The notes under the pieces are model-generated. The model was not told the DNA's origin. It did no database searches and was given only the letters and a program-made list of their open reading frames with translations. DNA of 64,000 nt from Raillietiella orientalis (lineage: Eukaryota), in the NCBI GenBank assembly GCA_036172245.1, contig JAYWIR010000008.1:682001-746000 (forward strand). The letters run 5' to 3'. The translations under genes and the position numbers were made by a program. Shown in pieces: positions 1 through 12,700 of the stretch (positions are counted from its first letter, which is position 1; the number at the start of each line of letters is the position of its first letter).

Positions 1-1
1 C

Positions 2-3000
2 GAAGGAAAGCAGCTCCCCTACCGGATGGAAATCGGGAGACTTTACGCCGATCTCTGGTTGCCCGGAGAACCGAGATTATGCAGTCATTGCAATGGGACA
101 GGGAGCCTGAAGGGAAGATGTCCAGAAATTACTTGCCATGGCAACGGACTGGAGGCCCTATGACGTTTGCGTGCCCCAGAAGACTCGTCCGTGAAGTTCC
201 GAGCACAAAACAGAAGAGACAGCGCGAGGAAAAGAACGGAAGCAAAGGGAGGAAGGAAGGATGCCCACCGCACTCCAACCAGAATTCATCGAAGCGAACT
301 TCCAAAAGAGTGGAAGATGTGACCGACGAAACGGGATGGCAAGTGGTAACAACCGAAAAAGAAAAGCAAGAAACCTCCCAAAGCCGAAAAAAATTGCGAC
401 AACGCGGAGGCGACCGTTAGGCAGCCGCAGGACCGCAAGGCGGCACTTCAGCAGATTAGCGCGATCGACGATACGATCGACAGCGTCGTGAAAAGCGTGA
501 GAAGCAGCCTTGAAAAGCGTGATCGACGAGCCCATCAATAGCGACGGAGGCTGTTGCAGCGCTGCTGCCATCTCTTCGGAGAAGGTGGTGACGCCAGCGC
601 TTTCGAAAGTAAAGGCCTTAAAAAAAAAAAAGCAAGGCTGTGAGTCGTCCCGCTGTGAAGGCAACTCAGCATGGCTTTCGACTCCGGCCTGGATAAGGTA
701 AGCTCCAGAAGAGACTCGGAAGCAACGGAAACCTCCTTAAAGAGGCCCAAGGCCCCGAGGAAGAATGCATCCCTACAGGGAAAGGGTGCATCAGCTCTAG
801 AAGCCGAGAGGATGCATGCTGGTTCCAAGGAGTTCTGCTAGGAAAGGATCCTTTACTACAGAAGGTGGAGGAGCAGAAGATAGAAAGAGGTCATCCCTTT
901 ATCTCCTCCATCACTGACCATCCCGCCTGAGCACCTGGTGGGAACCGCAGTACGACATGCCAGGAGTCAAGCGTGCTCCCGGCTCCCTCCGGAGACTACG
1001 TGTAGCCTGGTGGCACGTCAACGGGCTGCGCGACGACGGCAGGAGACGGGACGCACCTGCCTCTTTGCGACGGTTCGACCTGGGGTTTCTGCAAGAGATC
1101 TCCAAGAGAGAAGATCTCTGCGGAAGAGATCCAGGGAATTAAAGCGATCGAGGGCGGCCAGCTGCATGGGCGTTGCGGGCTCGGCTCGACGCACTCGTTA
1201 GAGGTCGCCTTTTCGCTGAAACCAACCATGGAGAGCGCCGTGCAAGACGTTCAGTTCGATGAGGAAGGTCGAGTTGGACAACTCGTTCTCAAATGGTCCG
1301 AATCGATCGACCTTTTCGTGACCAATATATACGCACCAAGAGGATCCAACATGAGCTGGACGAGGACCGGATTCGTCGAAGCCCCGAAGCGCGAATGTTT
1401 GGTGGAAGTAGGCGTGCAAAGAGTCCACATGATAGTGGGAGATGTCAACATCACCTTGCTTTCAGGAAGGTGTAGTGGCCAGCTCAACCTGGTTAACGAG
1501 ATGTGCGCAGCAATGCACACGTGCAACTTGCTGACTGGGGTCATTGGCATGGAAGGCAGCAGCGATCACGTCTTCCTCGACGACCACCTGCAGGCGCGGA
1601 TCGGTTATTGTGGAAAGTCGAGAACTACGTTGTCGGATCACGACCGAATTGAGCTGGAAGTACTCCCACGCGGGAATGATCCCTCTTCCAGCTCGCGGCA
1701 CCTACCAAGGCATTAGCCCCACCTCCCAGAGGCTGCGGAACACTTCTGTTGCTTCCTGCGAGATGCAGACGTGCAGCAACTCGAAAACTAGGACGACATG
1801 AAGTGCTCGGTTCGAGAGTTCTGCACGGGTTCCCTGTAGATCCCCCCCATCCTCCGCCGGGTTGGTGAGGGAATGCGCGATGAGCGCGCGTATCTCCAAG
1901 CTCGGTGCTTCAGAAGAAGCCAGAGATTCGTCATCTGGCTGAGAGACAAGCCTGGCACTCAGGGGAACCAGCTTATTGGACGACCAGGGCCAGGAGCGCT
2001 CGTCCCCGGCACACGTACAATGCATCGTGCTCCAATTTTGCTCCTCCTTGTACGGGAGAGCGCCACCGAACATCTCCGCCATCGGCCAGCTCCAGAGGAG
2101 GAAAGCACGGCATGGGAGGACGGTCTGCCGGCTGAATTTCGCCAGTGTTCCGAGGCAGAGCTGACTCCGCAGGTGCATCATATACGCACGCTGATTCGGG
2201 AGACAGGCGAGGTATCCGCCTCCTTCCCATCAGCAAGAGTACCTCTCCTTCCAATGGGAGGAGACCTCCGCAACATAAGCTACTGGCGTCCTATTACCGT
2301 AATCAACACGGACGCCAAGCTGCTCGAGAAGCTATGGACTGAACGCCTGGGGCGGTTGGCGGAAACGTTCATCAGTCCGGAACAGGCTTACGCTGTTTCC
2401 ATGCTTCGTTCCTGGTCAGCTCCTGGCTTCAGTCGCAACAAAGGGTTGAGCCAGTCAGCCAAAGGGTTCCTGAATTCCGAGATGGCCAGGGATCGAGAGG
2501 TCATGTGGAGTCGGAGGCATCAGGAGTCCTTGCGGTTGCAGTCGATTTGCAAAAGGCATTCGACTGGTCGACCAGGAGCTCCTTTTGGAGCTTCTGGAAC
2601 GCATGAGATTGTCGGATGTCCTCTTGGACTACCTGCGCTCCTACTGGCGCAACGCGATGATTATAAGTTTTGTCCAGCGACCGACACGTCTTCGGCGTAC
2701 CGGTGCAGAACGGGATTCGGCAAGGAGACAGCCTGAGCCCGTTGTTCTACAGCATCTGAGTCGAACTGGTGCTGAGAGTGTACACCCGCTGCCCTTCGCA
2801 GCATGTGCCCCGGCACGCCTGCTGTGTCCGCCTAGGCCGACGATCTTCTGCTCCTGCTACCCAAGTCAGCCCCGGCAGGATAGCTCGAAGAATTCCTCGA
2901 ACTGATGCACCGGGGAGCTGGCAGACGTAGAAACAGGGCCAAGTCGACTGTGCTTCCCGTTGGTGCAGGGTGAGCAGGACAATAGGACTGGATCCGTATG

Positions 3001-3710
3001 GGGATCCCAACGGTCAGTCAGGTGCTTCAATTACCGAGAGTCCCGTTGGGGAACTTCTGAGCAGCAGCTGCCTGGTCCGGTTGCCTCCAAAAGACAGAAT
3101 CGGCCCTCAGTCCATTCCTGAATGGCAGGTCCCTCTTACCGGAACGATCTGTCCTACGGAACACTTTTGTGGCTCCTCACCTTCTACCTTTGCTTTTTTC
3201 TTTGTCAGTCTTCTGCTCTACCAACGAGAAAGACGTCTCTTGCCCTCTTCCTCTATGGAGGACGCGTTAGAAGTCTGGAGAGAAAGGCGACAAGATGGCC
3301 ACACCTCTGTCAACAAATGGAAGAAGTTACCAACATCCCCCAAAGGATGCTGAGGAGGCCAGGAGGAAATCTGTGATCCCTCCCCTTCCCCTTAACATAT
3401 TTTTAAACTGAACTTTTGCTGTTGTTGTTTTTTCTACCCCTTTTTGTTTATCCCGTCCCCCACTTCTCCTGTGCGGACCTCATCAGGAGGGCTGCTCACG
3501 AGGAGCAGCGTCTCCAAAGTGTGGGCGAAAAGAAACGGCACGATCCCGGAACAATCGCGATGCCTGCGATTCTCGAACTGCGCTCTCTGCTCGCTGCAGG
3601 AAATCATGGAGTGCCCAGGGAAGATACCACCTGGGCGCGGAACACCCCACTTGCGTCCACGCTCAACACGATCCAACAAAGTGGCCATGGCGATGGTCTT
3701 CACTTCGTAG
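2..3710 (+). mobile_element. Degenerate L1/Tx1-clade non-LTR retrotransposon, 5' end outside the window, with many stops and frameshifts
   Basis: Motifs occur in the expected order on the + strand. ORF1 knuckle region from nt 2: LPYRMEIGRLYADLWLPGEPRLCSHCNGTGSLKGRCPEITC. APE endonuclease: LRVAWWHVNGL and DLGFLQEI (~995-1100), then DEEGR, NIYAP, IVGDVN and SDH (1228-1716). RT: LRNISYWRPITVINTDAKLLEK and ISPEQ (~2265-2390), VDLQKAFD (~2540), NGIRQGDSLSPLFY (~2710), VSA*ADDLL (TAG at 2833-2835 replaces the Y of YADD). A possible C-terminal Cys remnant (DLIRRAAH, CALC) lies at ~3470-3620. The 3' boundary is approximate. Confidence 0.88.
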
Positions 3711-3884
3711 TAGTGATGTGAAGTCACTACCAACAAAGACATTTTTAATATTTTGCATGACTTTTTTTTTTTTTGGAAATATTTTCTTCACAATGAACGT
3801 CCCGGCGTGACTGGGAGAAAGTCAAAGAGCACCACTACCGGCACCGCACTCAAATGTATAGAGGCACAACCAGCGTCATCTCGC

Positions 3885-3998
3885 GGGAGGAACTCGAACC
3901 CACGACGCGCGCAAACTCTCAGAGTCGATTTTTGGCGAGTATTCGAACCCGCGATGCTTGGCGGTGCCACGCGTGGAGACCACCGTAGCCCCACGGCC
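3885..3998 (-). other. tRNA-like / tRNA-derived SINE-head relic with two B-box-like motifs
   Basis: The minus strand reads GGCCGTGGGGCTACGGTGGT (A-box-like) ... CGCGGGTTCGAATAC (B-box-like, + strand 3941-3949), then a second GTGGGTTCGAGTTCC (+ strand 3891-3900). I could not build a full cloverleaf. Confidence 0.3.
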
Positions 3999-5306
3999 TC
4001 CGATGCGGGTGGTTGACAGTTGCTTCGAGCTGCCGGCGTCCCCGGATCCGGCGGTCCAGGGTTCATCGTAAAGGACGCCGTCGTCGAGTCCGGTGGGGAA
4101 AGAGGCGGCCGAAGGCACCGCCAACGGCCGAAGATTCGGAAGGGATTCTCTCCGCGCGCGGAGCGACCGACCAAAGGCGAAGCGCAAACCGAGCAGTGAC
4201 GTCAGAAGCAGCGGCACCAGGCAGGCACCCTGGCGAACGTGCACGTTCGGAAGAGGAGTGCCCAGGAACGCGCTGGCTGGCAAAAGGCTCCGCGCACCTT
4301 CGGCGGAAAGCGGGGATCCCCTCAAGCCTCAGGCACCATCCTAGGCAGCGCGGCATGGACACCTCTTGCCGCAAAACACCCGGGTCGAGGGAAGTCCTCA
4401 TCTCTAATCGCAAAACACCCGAGTGCTTCCCCACTCTCTTTTGCATGCAAGAAAAGGATGGTGGGAGGTGCTCAACTTTAGAAAAAGGTATTTTCATCCA
4501 CGGTCGCTGACTACAGCTCCCGCCCAAGCACTGCTCCCCAGCCTTCCCGGAGAGTCTGAATGCGCCTCTCTGGGCAACGGGAATCCCCCCTGCCTGCCTC
4601 TGGGACTCGACAGCAGAAAGCCTGCCGACAGTGATGCACCGCCATCTTCAGAATGTTTTGTAGGGATCGCGCGTGAGCCTCCCGAGGGAAGTGCGCAGGA
4701 GGGCATCTGGACTCTGAGCCGAAATTTCGCCGATACGATTGGTCGTTTCTCGCGAGGGGTCAGTTGGATTCCGAGAGCTCGAGGAAGCGGCCGTTGCGTG
4801 CTTCTTTGTCCCAGTTCCATGGCAGTGTAGCTAAGAGACGACCTTGCACTGCCACCGTCCCTCTTCACGCACTGTGACCTCGCCGCGAGTTCGCCGTTCC
4901 TCCCCCTTCCAGGGCCATGGTCGCCTTCCTGAGTTGGTTTCCGGATGTGCTTTGCTCACTGCTTTCAAGGTAGCCTTTTGCCTCGACCTGCTTTCCTTGC
5001 TCAGCGCGCGCGCGCGCCAGAGACTGTAAAGATCTGTCTCAACCAGGAAGCGTTTCTTGCTCGACGGCACATTGGGGCCCTGTTGGAAGCTACCGTTTCT
5101 CTGCTGCAAATATTGCGCCATAGGGGCCCAAGAGTTCTGGAATTTTGTAGATTTCCTTCTTGCATTGTCTGGTTTCATCTGCCCAGGATGAGCTCCCATA
5201 GGTGACGATTCTGACGTAAGGAATTCCCCCTTCTGGCTCAGGAGGCTGAGGACAGGAGGATCAGGACTTGGAGATTGGATAGGGAATTTAATTTGGCACT
5301 TTTCCT

Positions 5307-5340
5307 GATGAGATGAGGAACCAGGGTTCCTCATCTCATC
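5307..5340. repeat. Perfect palindrome with 16-bp arms and a 2-nt loop
   Basis: GATGAGATGAGGAACC-AG-GGTTCCTCATCTCATC; the arms are exact reverse complements. Confidence 0.95.
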
Positions 5341-7687
5341 TCATCATTCCTCATCTACAAGTGGATAAAACATTCCTCTTGCTCGAAACAAATGGTGCTC
5401 CCTTGCATTCGCCTTCCAAGGAATGCAAACGTTCACTTTGGCGCTCTTGTGCTCCATGATTACATAGCCCACAAAGCCCACATTCCAAGTCCATAATGGT
5501 GTCTTATGTGTGGATGCGATCCACGGATGCATTTCACTAACGTTGTAACCTGCATGTTTTTTTATACGTTGTAATTTTTCATGTAAGTTGTGGAATATCC
5601 AACCAGCCGCCTGCTTGTTCAGCACGTATGCTTCCGTGTACTTCCCTTCTTAAAAAAAGAGAAGGCTGCTGATAACGAAAGAAATTGCAAGAAAGATTCC
5701 AAGTTTTTTCAGTTTGCTATGTCAGCAAATTGAAAAAACTTGGAATACCCTTACCACGTCATCTGTCACGTCTTTTGTCTATTCTAGAAGGAAAAGTTTC
5801 AAAGGAAGCATTGCTTTACTTTTACTGTAAGCTGTTATGTGAACTATATACTTTGCGCAAAATCCAAAATGATGAATATGGGAGATTACATGGTCATTTC
5901 GATCTAAAATTAGAATTTGAGTCGTACTGAATACTTAAAATGATTCGATATAAAAATGGTGAATGCAAACGTTGCAAAGAACACACTTGAGCGAAGGCAT
6001 CTTCAGCTCGAGTATTGAACTGACTTGACTATCATCCAAGTTTAGTTGTATGGACTCTTCCACATCTTCTTTAATATATTATCAGCTGCTTTTGGTGGAC
6101 GCATTAGCCTCCAAGGCGTAAAGTCCTCCTGGCTGGTGCGATTCGTTAGCTTCTGGTAGTGAGGACAGAACCGTGGTAGGGTTACATGCAAAGTCCCTAT
6201 TCCAGCTCCAGTCCTGCTTTAGAGCAGTCTGTCACATTGTTCCCACAAACAGCACATTTTGTCGATGACTCGAAAAATGCTCTGCCTCTGACTCTTCAAT
6301 TAGAAAATGGACTTTGAGCATCTTGAAGCACTGGTCTGATCCCTGCTCTCAGATCTCCAGACACTGAATGCCCCATTCAACGCATGGCTTTTAGAAACAT
6401 CTCAAATCACTGTTTAATTGGACTGAGACAAGTGGAAAATTGGTCGATTCTTAAAAAGAAAGCTGCAAAGAGAGTGCATTTTTCACACACAAAGTTAAGG
6501 GAAGCAGTTGTCAAGCTGAGGGACGCATTGCATAAAGTTTGGAAACTATTGAGTTGATGCAATGGTGAATTTGAAATCTGTTACGCAAAACTTTCTTTTC
6601 CATCTTTTTTTCCAATTATGTAGTAATCGGAGAGGATTGTGTATCATACTGATAATTCAGAAATGCTTTTTTGTTTATTGTCCAACTTCCAGTTTCACAC
6701 CCTACTAAAACAACATGCATGTTGGATGCAATGAAAATTCGAGACATTCACATTAAAAGTATTGCAGCATCATGATTTTCCCAAAATTTACTAAGGTCTT
6801 GTTGATTAGAAACAAGAAACATGAATTTATTTCTTGTCCCACTTTTCAAAATAATTGCTCCATAACTCCAGAGACCTCAGTCTGGATAATAGGAACAGAT
6901 CTTATCCATTTAGCTGCATTATGCTGGATCGGTCATACACGTGGAAACTTCAAACTCGATGAGTATTTGAAGATCGTCTTCATCAGTAGACTCTAGAGGT
7001 TTATTTGGGGGAATTCAGAATTCTGCTATCGGAAAATCTCGTTCAGAAATTGTATGTATTGTTGGGTTGTTGTTATGTATTCAATTGGCTTCATGTTCCA
7101 TTGTGCATCGTTAACAATTAAGGCGTTCTCGATGGAACGTGCTGTAAGTTTCAGAAACCTGGCCCGTCTTTTGCTTTCCCTTCCAGTGCGCACAGTAAAA
7201 TTCATATTGCAAGGGGAAAAAGTATCGTTCCTTTGCTAATTCTGCTTTCGCCTATTATTATTATTTTTCCTTGTCCTGAGCATTTCAGAAAAGCATCGTT
7301 GGTTTTCGTAGTTGCATTTCAACGAAAATGTAAACCTCAGTTTCGAATCTCTGGATTTCGAGGAGGGAATGAGGATGAGGAAGAGCTTGCAAAACAGGTC
7401 TCGTTATTAAATCCGTGTTCACAAAACTGAATTTCAGCTTTTGCTGTTTTGTGTTACTGAGTTCAGTCTTAAAGAATCGGCATTGATTCATAGCCTTGTA
7501 AGTCTGACCGCAGCCTCATGAACGAAATAATAAGTCTAATATTTTCACTAATGCAAAACAAAGAAGAACACCAATAATACTGATAATACTTTCGATTTTA
7601 CTCGCTATACAGTTTTCTTTTTTTTTGTTTTTTTTCACAGGAAAGTGTATATTTTAAGATGTGCACGAAATGTTCGGAAGGAATCCT

Positions 7688-7775
7688 ATTGGCTGCCCTG
7701 CAAATGGCGTTTCAACCGTTAGTTAGGCACAACGCGCGTGAGTTTTGTATACGGCTGTTTGCAAGTGCATTTGAA
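7688..7775 (+). promoter_or_regulatory. Putative ALYREF promoter (CpG-rich; CCAAT, YY1-like, MYB and CHR motifs)
   Basis: ATTGG 7688-7692, AAATGGCG 7702-7709, CCGTTA (TAACGG reversed) 7716-7721, TTTGAA 7770-7775. The stretch is CpG-rich within AT-rich DNA. It is followed by tandem GTAAGT donors (7862, 7866) and a TTTTATAG acceptor at 8763, consistent with a 5'UTR intron. Confidence 0.45.
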
Positions 7776-8845
7776 ATTTTTACTTTTCATGATATCTTGC
7801 AATAATGTCGAAAAGCTCATAAGGCTTGTGCAGTTTTCGGATTTGTTTGTTTGCGAGTTTTGTAAGTAAGTGTTAGTTTGGTGTTCAATAATTCGGTCGG
7901 TTTGGCGTGTTTCTTGTTGAGATTGGACGACATGGAATAAGTTTCGGAGAAAATTTGCCCGTAAAGTTTTCTTTTCTGCTTATCCATTAATTGCAAACTT
8001 TCCATCGACCTAGCGGTTTGTTCAAATTGTAACCAAGCTTCAGCTTTGGGTTATTGTAAAGCTTATTAATATGAACTTCATTCGTTTGTGTAGCATTACT
8101 ATTTCGCGTGGGTCATGATGCGTGTTTAAATAAAATACCAATTAGTTCATCGAAACAAAAATTTGCTTTCCATGGTATCATGCGTTCACAAGTGTGCCAA
8201 TTTTATATGGCTTCCAATTTGGATTTTGTAAACTGTGTGACTGTGGAGAGTGGTATATTCTGTACTTATACGGAATTTTCGTTTGAAAATCACAAATTAC
8301 TTCCTATGTGTAAATAGATGTAATTGTAATAAGATTGCTTGCAAATTTCCTCATGAAAAACCCGTAAATAATTCCCTGCGAATTCTTGTTTAGTTTTTTT
8401 GGCTTTCATTCTTTATATTTCAACAGTACAATTTCACAGTAATTAAAACCATTGATTGATCTTAATAAACATAAATAGTATGTAATTTGGATGACTGTGA
8501 GCTCGAAAAACTCACCAATATGTAAAATATTTGTGTGCTCTTTTATGCAGATCTTAGGTCTGCTTATCCCAAAATAAAATGCTTTCCAGTGGTCTTTGCA
8601 CCTGTTAATTTTGCCTGTGTACATGTGATTAATTACTCTATGCCATAATTTGTTCTGAAATACGTTTAACTCAAAGGAATTGTTCATGTATACATTCATT
8701 GAATACACTGTACTTGGAAATACATAATTGGTTTGTATTTTTTGAAGCTAATATGTTTTATAGACAGCACACTTGCAGTTATTAGAGACACCTTTTCGCA
8801 AAAGTAATAAAAAGTAAAAATAAACTCAGAAATCGATAGCTAAAT

Positions 8846-9709
8846 ATGGCTGAAAAGCTTGACATGAGTTTAGATGACATTATCAAGCAAACTCGTGGAA
8901 GAAGAGGAATCGGTCGCAGTGGTCGCCGAGGTAGAAATGTCAGCCGAAGAGGCAGAACCTGGAGTTTCCAAACTCGACCAAGAAGCCTGCCTTATACCAA
9001 GGTTGTTGACAAGTTTACTGAGAGATTTTGTAAATAATTTCCTGAGAAGCTTAAGTAAAGTGGTGAGTGTTTCATTAATTTTGTCTGCTTCAGGGAGATG
9101 TAGAGAGCAAATGGGAACATGACATGTTTGATGGTGTCTCAATTGTTCCACGCCTGCGTGATTTTTCTACTAAGCTTGGTCCTGCAAAATTGCTGGTCTC
9201 CAATTTGGACTATGGTGTTTCTGACTCAGATATTCAAGTGAGAATTGCCTTAGATGATATCTACTGCTGGTTAGGAGCTATTTTCAGAATTTGGTCCCCT
9301 TAAGTCTGCAGCAGTGCATTATGACCGATCAGGTCGTTCCCTGGGCACTGCAGATGTCATCTTTGAGAGGCGAGCGGATGCAGTGAGAGCTTTGCAGCAG
9401 TATAATGGCGTGCCCCTGGATGGTAGGCAGGGTTGGGTTTGGAGCTGATGGCGCCATCACCCTGCTTGGGCTACAGGGCGTGCCATGAACATTCAGTTTG
9501 CTACTTCGGAGCTGCCTGTCCCTAGGAAGAGACTTACAGGATTTGGCTCGATAAGAGGTGAGTTAAATACAAATAAGATAAAGTGTAAAATCCGTATTCT
9601 CTAAGGAGGGAGAATTAACCGTGGGCGGGGTGGGCAGAGAAGAATGGATGTGCCCACTGCAGAGGAGTTGGATGCGGAATTAGATGCGTATGTCAACCAG
9701 ATCAAGTAG
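8846..9709 (+). CDS. ALYREF: Aly/REF mRNA export adaptor (THO complex subunit 4), 210 aa; join(8846..9001,9094..9237,9275..9422,9477..9557,9606..9709)
   Basis: N-terminal [18 protein letters not shown]-rich region, WEHD (WxHD) motif, RRM ([73 protein letters not shown]) and C-terminal [16 protein letters not shown]. Four GT-AG introns (92, 37, 54, 48 nt) give an open 633-nt frame. AATAAA at 9873-9878. Confidence 0.96.
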
Positions 9710-12700
9710 CATCATCAGAGCTGTATCTTTTGTTATTATATACAATTTCGGAAATGAATACAGCCAATGGCATATGCTCGTATTTTCTGGATCTACATTG
9801 TAATGTAGGTCATAACCATTCAATGGCATAAAATCACAAAGTCAAGAAAATAGTGACTCTGGCTATGCTGATAATAAACAATTGCAATTGCATTAAGTGA
9901 TCCTTAATGTGAAGTTGCATCTCCTGTTTGAGTTTTGCATTGTACCAAGTGAGCAATGTAATGCACTTTGTGTATTCTGCAGTTTTTAGTTATTGTTAAT
10001 TTGATGCAAAGACTGCTTTAATGTAAAGCATGATCCCCAAGTCCCTGTTCTTAGCTTCTAAGGTAAAAGATGATTAGCTCACAAAGCAGCAGTTGAAGAT
10101 CTTTGGCTGGATTAATGAGTACTTCAGTATTCCAGAAAAATTCCAGAAAGAAATCAACCTAGGTGCAGATGTGTCTTGAATTTACTAGTTTGAACTTGTA
10201 TTTCATGGCTCATTGTGATGTACTCAGTAATGATGTCCCTTTTTCCGTGCTTCTTGAAAGCTTTAATATATCATGCCCACTAAAGTTACTAATTAGTTTT
10301 TTGTCATTGTTTGACCATTCAAATGAATAAGCTTTTGCAAGCATTGTTAAAAGTGGATGTCATTTGTGATTGTTAGGTATATCATTTGCAGTGCAGATTT
10401 CTGTTGTAGCTATTTAGCTGCTTCAAGGTACGATGGATGCATGTTTGCAAAAATGCATCTCCACAAATGAGTAAAAAGCTGTTGTCATGCACCGTTTCAG
10501 AAGAAATTCCTTGTACGTGTTTCATTGATAAAAGTTTTTAACAGTAAATTCAAGATTCACTCTTGTGGCGTTTTTCTTTTTTTTCTTCTAAATATTACCT
10601 TAAGTATTTTTATAAGAGGCTTTATTCGACCATATTGCAGTTTACGTTGACCGGAAAATTTGGTGCTGCTAAAGGTCATTTCAAGGATTCCTTTCTTAGT
10701 TTGTAGCTCACACCTTATAAGAACTCAACATACGTTGATGATGGGTTATGCAAGTTTGTTAATGCACTGTATACAAAAGGAAGGATGACTGCTGATATGC
10801 CATGTGCTCTTTGAATGAAAGCACTAATACTTAACTTTGATGAAGATAGCCGGTGAAAGTAACCACTGCGTTTGTTTCCATTGATGCTAACATATTTGAC
10901 AACCTTAGTACCGATCTGTTAGATTGTGTGATTGGATGTGGCCATATTCTGATTCCTACATCTTATGGACTTGAAAAGTGGTCGTGGTTAAGCTATGGAC
11001 AATGTTAAGATCTCCCTCGTATTGGTGTTCATGCATCTTTACTTAGTTTTCTGTCTTTATAGAAAACTAATGGACTGATAATGGTAGCATGAATGTTATC
11101 TGAAATATAATGCTGATAAGTCTCGATAGTAGCAGTAGGGTTTCGCTTTCTAGGTCTACGTGTTGTATACACTCACCAATTTCAGAAGTACTAACACGGA
11201 AAGGCGAATCGGTCAAATACAGTTCCGAGTTGGGCAAAGTGGTCAAACACCGAAGTGGATGGATGTGAAGTGAGTGAAATATGGATCCGGAGACGTACCG
11301 TTCTTTTCCTTGAGCAACATAAACTGCAGGAGTGCCGAGATTTGAGCTGCTGCATTTTCATTTCTTCACAGAACTTGCGTGGAAAGAATCCGCCGCGTGG
11401 GAGCACTGCATGTTGCAATCACTCGTGGTGGAGTTGGTGCGTCCGCTCTGTGATGGAATACCGAAGATGCAGCGGCCAAACGTCCGTGCGTTACAGTCGT
11501 CAGCCGTTAATCCTTCGTAGTGACCGGCAGGAAAGTGTGAATGGATTTCACAACTTGGCCATCCATCCTACTGCTCACTGGGCAGTTGGGGGCCATGACG
11601 CTTGTGGTCACAAGATCGTGACATCAAATCGTTTTATCGACATGGGATGACATACGTCGGTGACCCGGCGAGGCGGGGCGAAGATGTCTGCAGGCGTAGG
11701 TTGCGTTTTGCGACCCACGTTTGCTGATGACGGTTACAGCGTACGGACCTTCGTGCTGAGATTGATTGGCGGTCGCGCGTCGCGACCTCTCGTTTCCACG
11801 TCGCTGACCCGACGTTCGGGAACGGTGGTGACCACAGTTCCACACATGCGTTCTTACGTTAAGGATCGGAAAACTGCTGAAGAAAAAGTGTGAGGATTTG
11901 TGAAAGGCGAAATCATGTGAGGCTGCAAGTTCCCGATTCGCACCTGGCAGGAGGAGAACAGGTGGTTCAGAGAAAGCCTTGCCTTGTCGTAGAGGCGTGC
12001 TTTGGCAAGTGGTGCTGATGGTTCGGTGCTGGTGAATCGGTGCTCGGACAGAGAAGTAAATCAATGCAATTCTTTGACCAGCCTTGCGAACGGGTTGCCT
12101 TCTTCAGGTGAAAGTGCAGCGATGGAGCTCATGCAACTGTGGGGCGGTGGCAGGGATGCTGGCGAAGGTATCACCATCCACGGAGTAGAAGAAAACGATG
12201 CGACGACTTATTGGCGTCTGCCTCGCCAGACTTTCTTCCAGGATTTTTGGAGAAGCCGACTCTTCCGAGCGTGTGCAGAGTACGCGGGGATCCCCCCGAG
12301 TTGTCACTTGAATTTTCGAACATTACAAGGGTAACAGGGACTGATTATTGTAATGACGATGGAACCTTTGGAAAATTCAAGTTTCCTTCGCCAACAGGAA
12401 CTTATGAGTGCGTCGGGAAAAATTAGGGTCTTGTACAATTTCTTGGCAATGAAAACAGATAGGTAGTTACTTTTCTCTGTTTTGCAAATGAGCGAGATAA
12501 GCACGTGGAAAATCGATTATTGATCACCTTGTTCCTCCTACTCATCCTGGATTTCCCTTCCGGGAATGGAAAAATCGGAAGAGAGAAGGAGGGGTGTGTT
12601 CTTTGGTGAGGTCTGGATGCCGGTGCCTTCGCGACACGAACTCTTATGTTAAGCAACCACAAATCAGGGTTGATCTACGCACATCCGCTTCCTTGCGGGG

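Noticed and set aside
4831..7491. Short ORFs (4831..5334-, 5344..5625-, 5685..5930+, 6772..6996+, 7285..7491-) as a further gene
   Set aside because: They show no recognisable motifs and I could not build a consistent spliced model.
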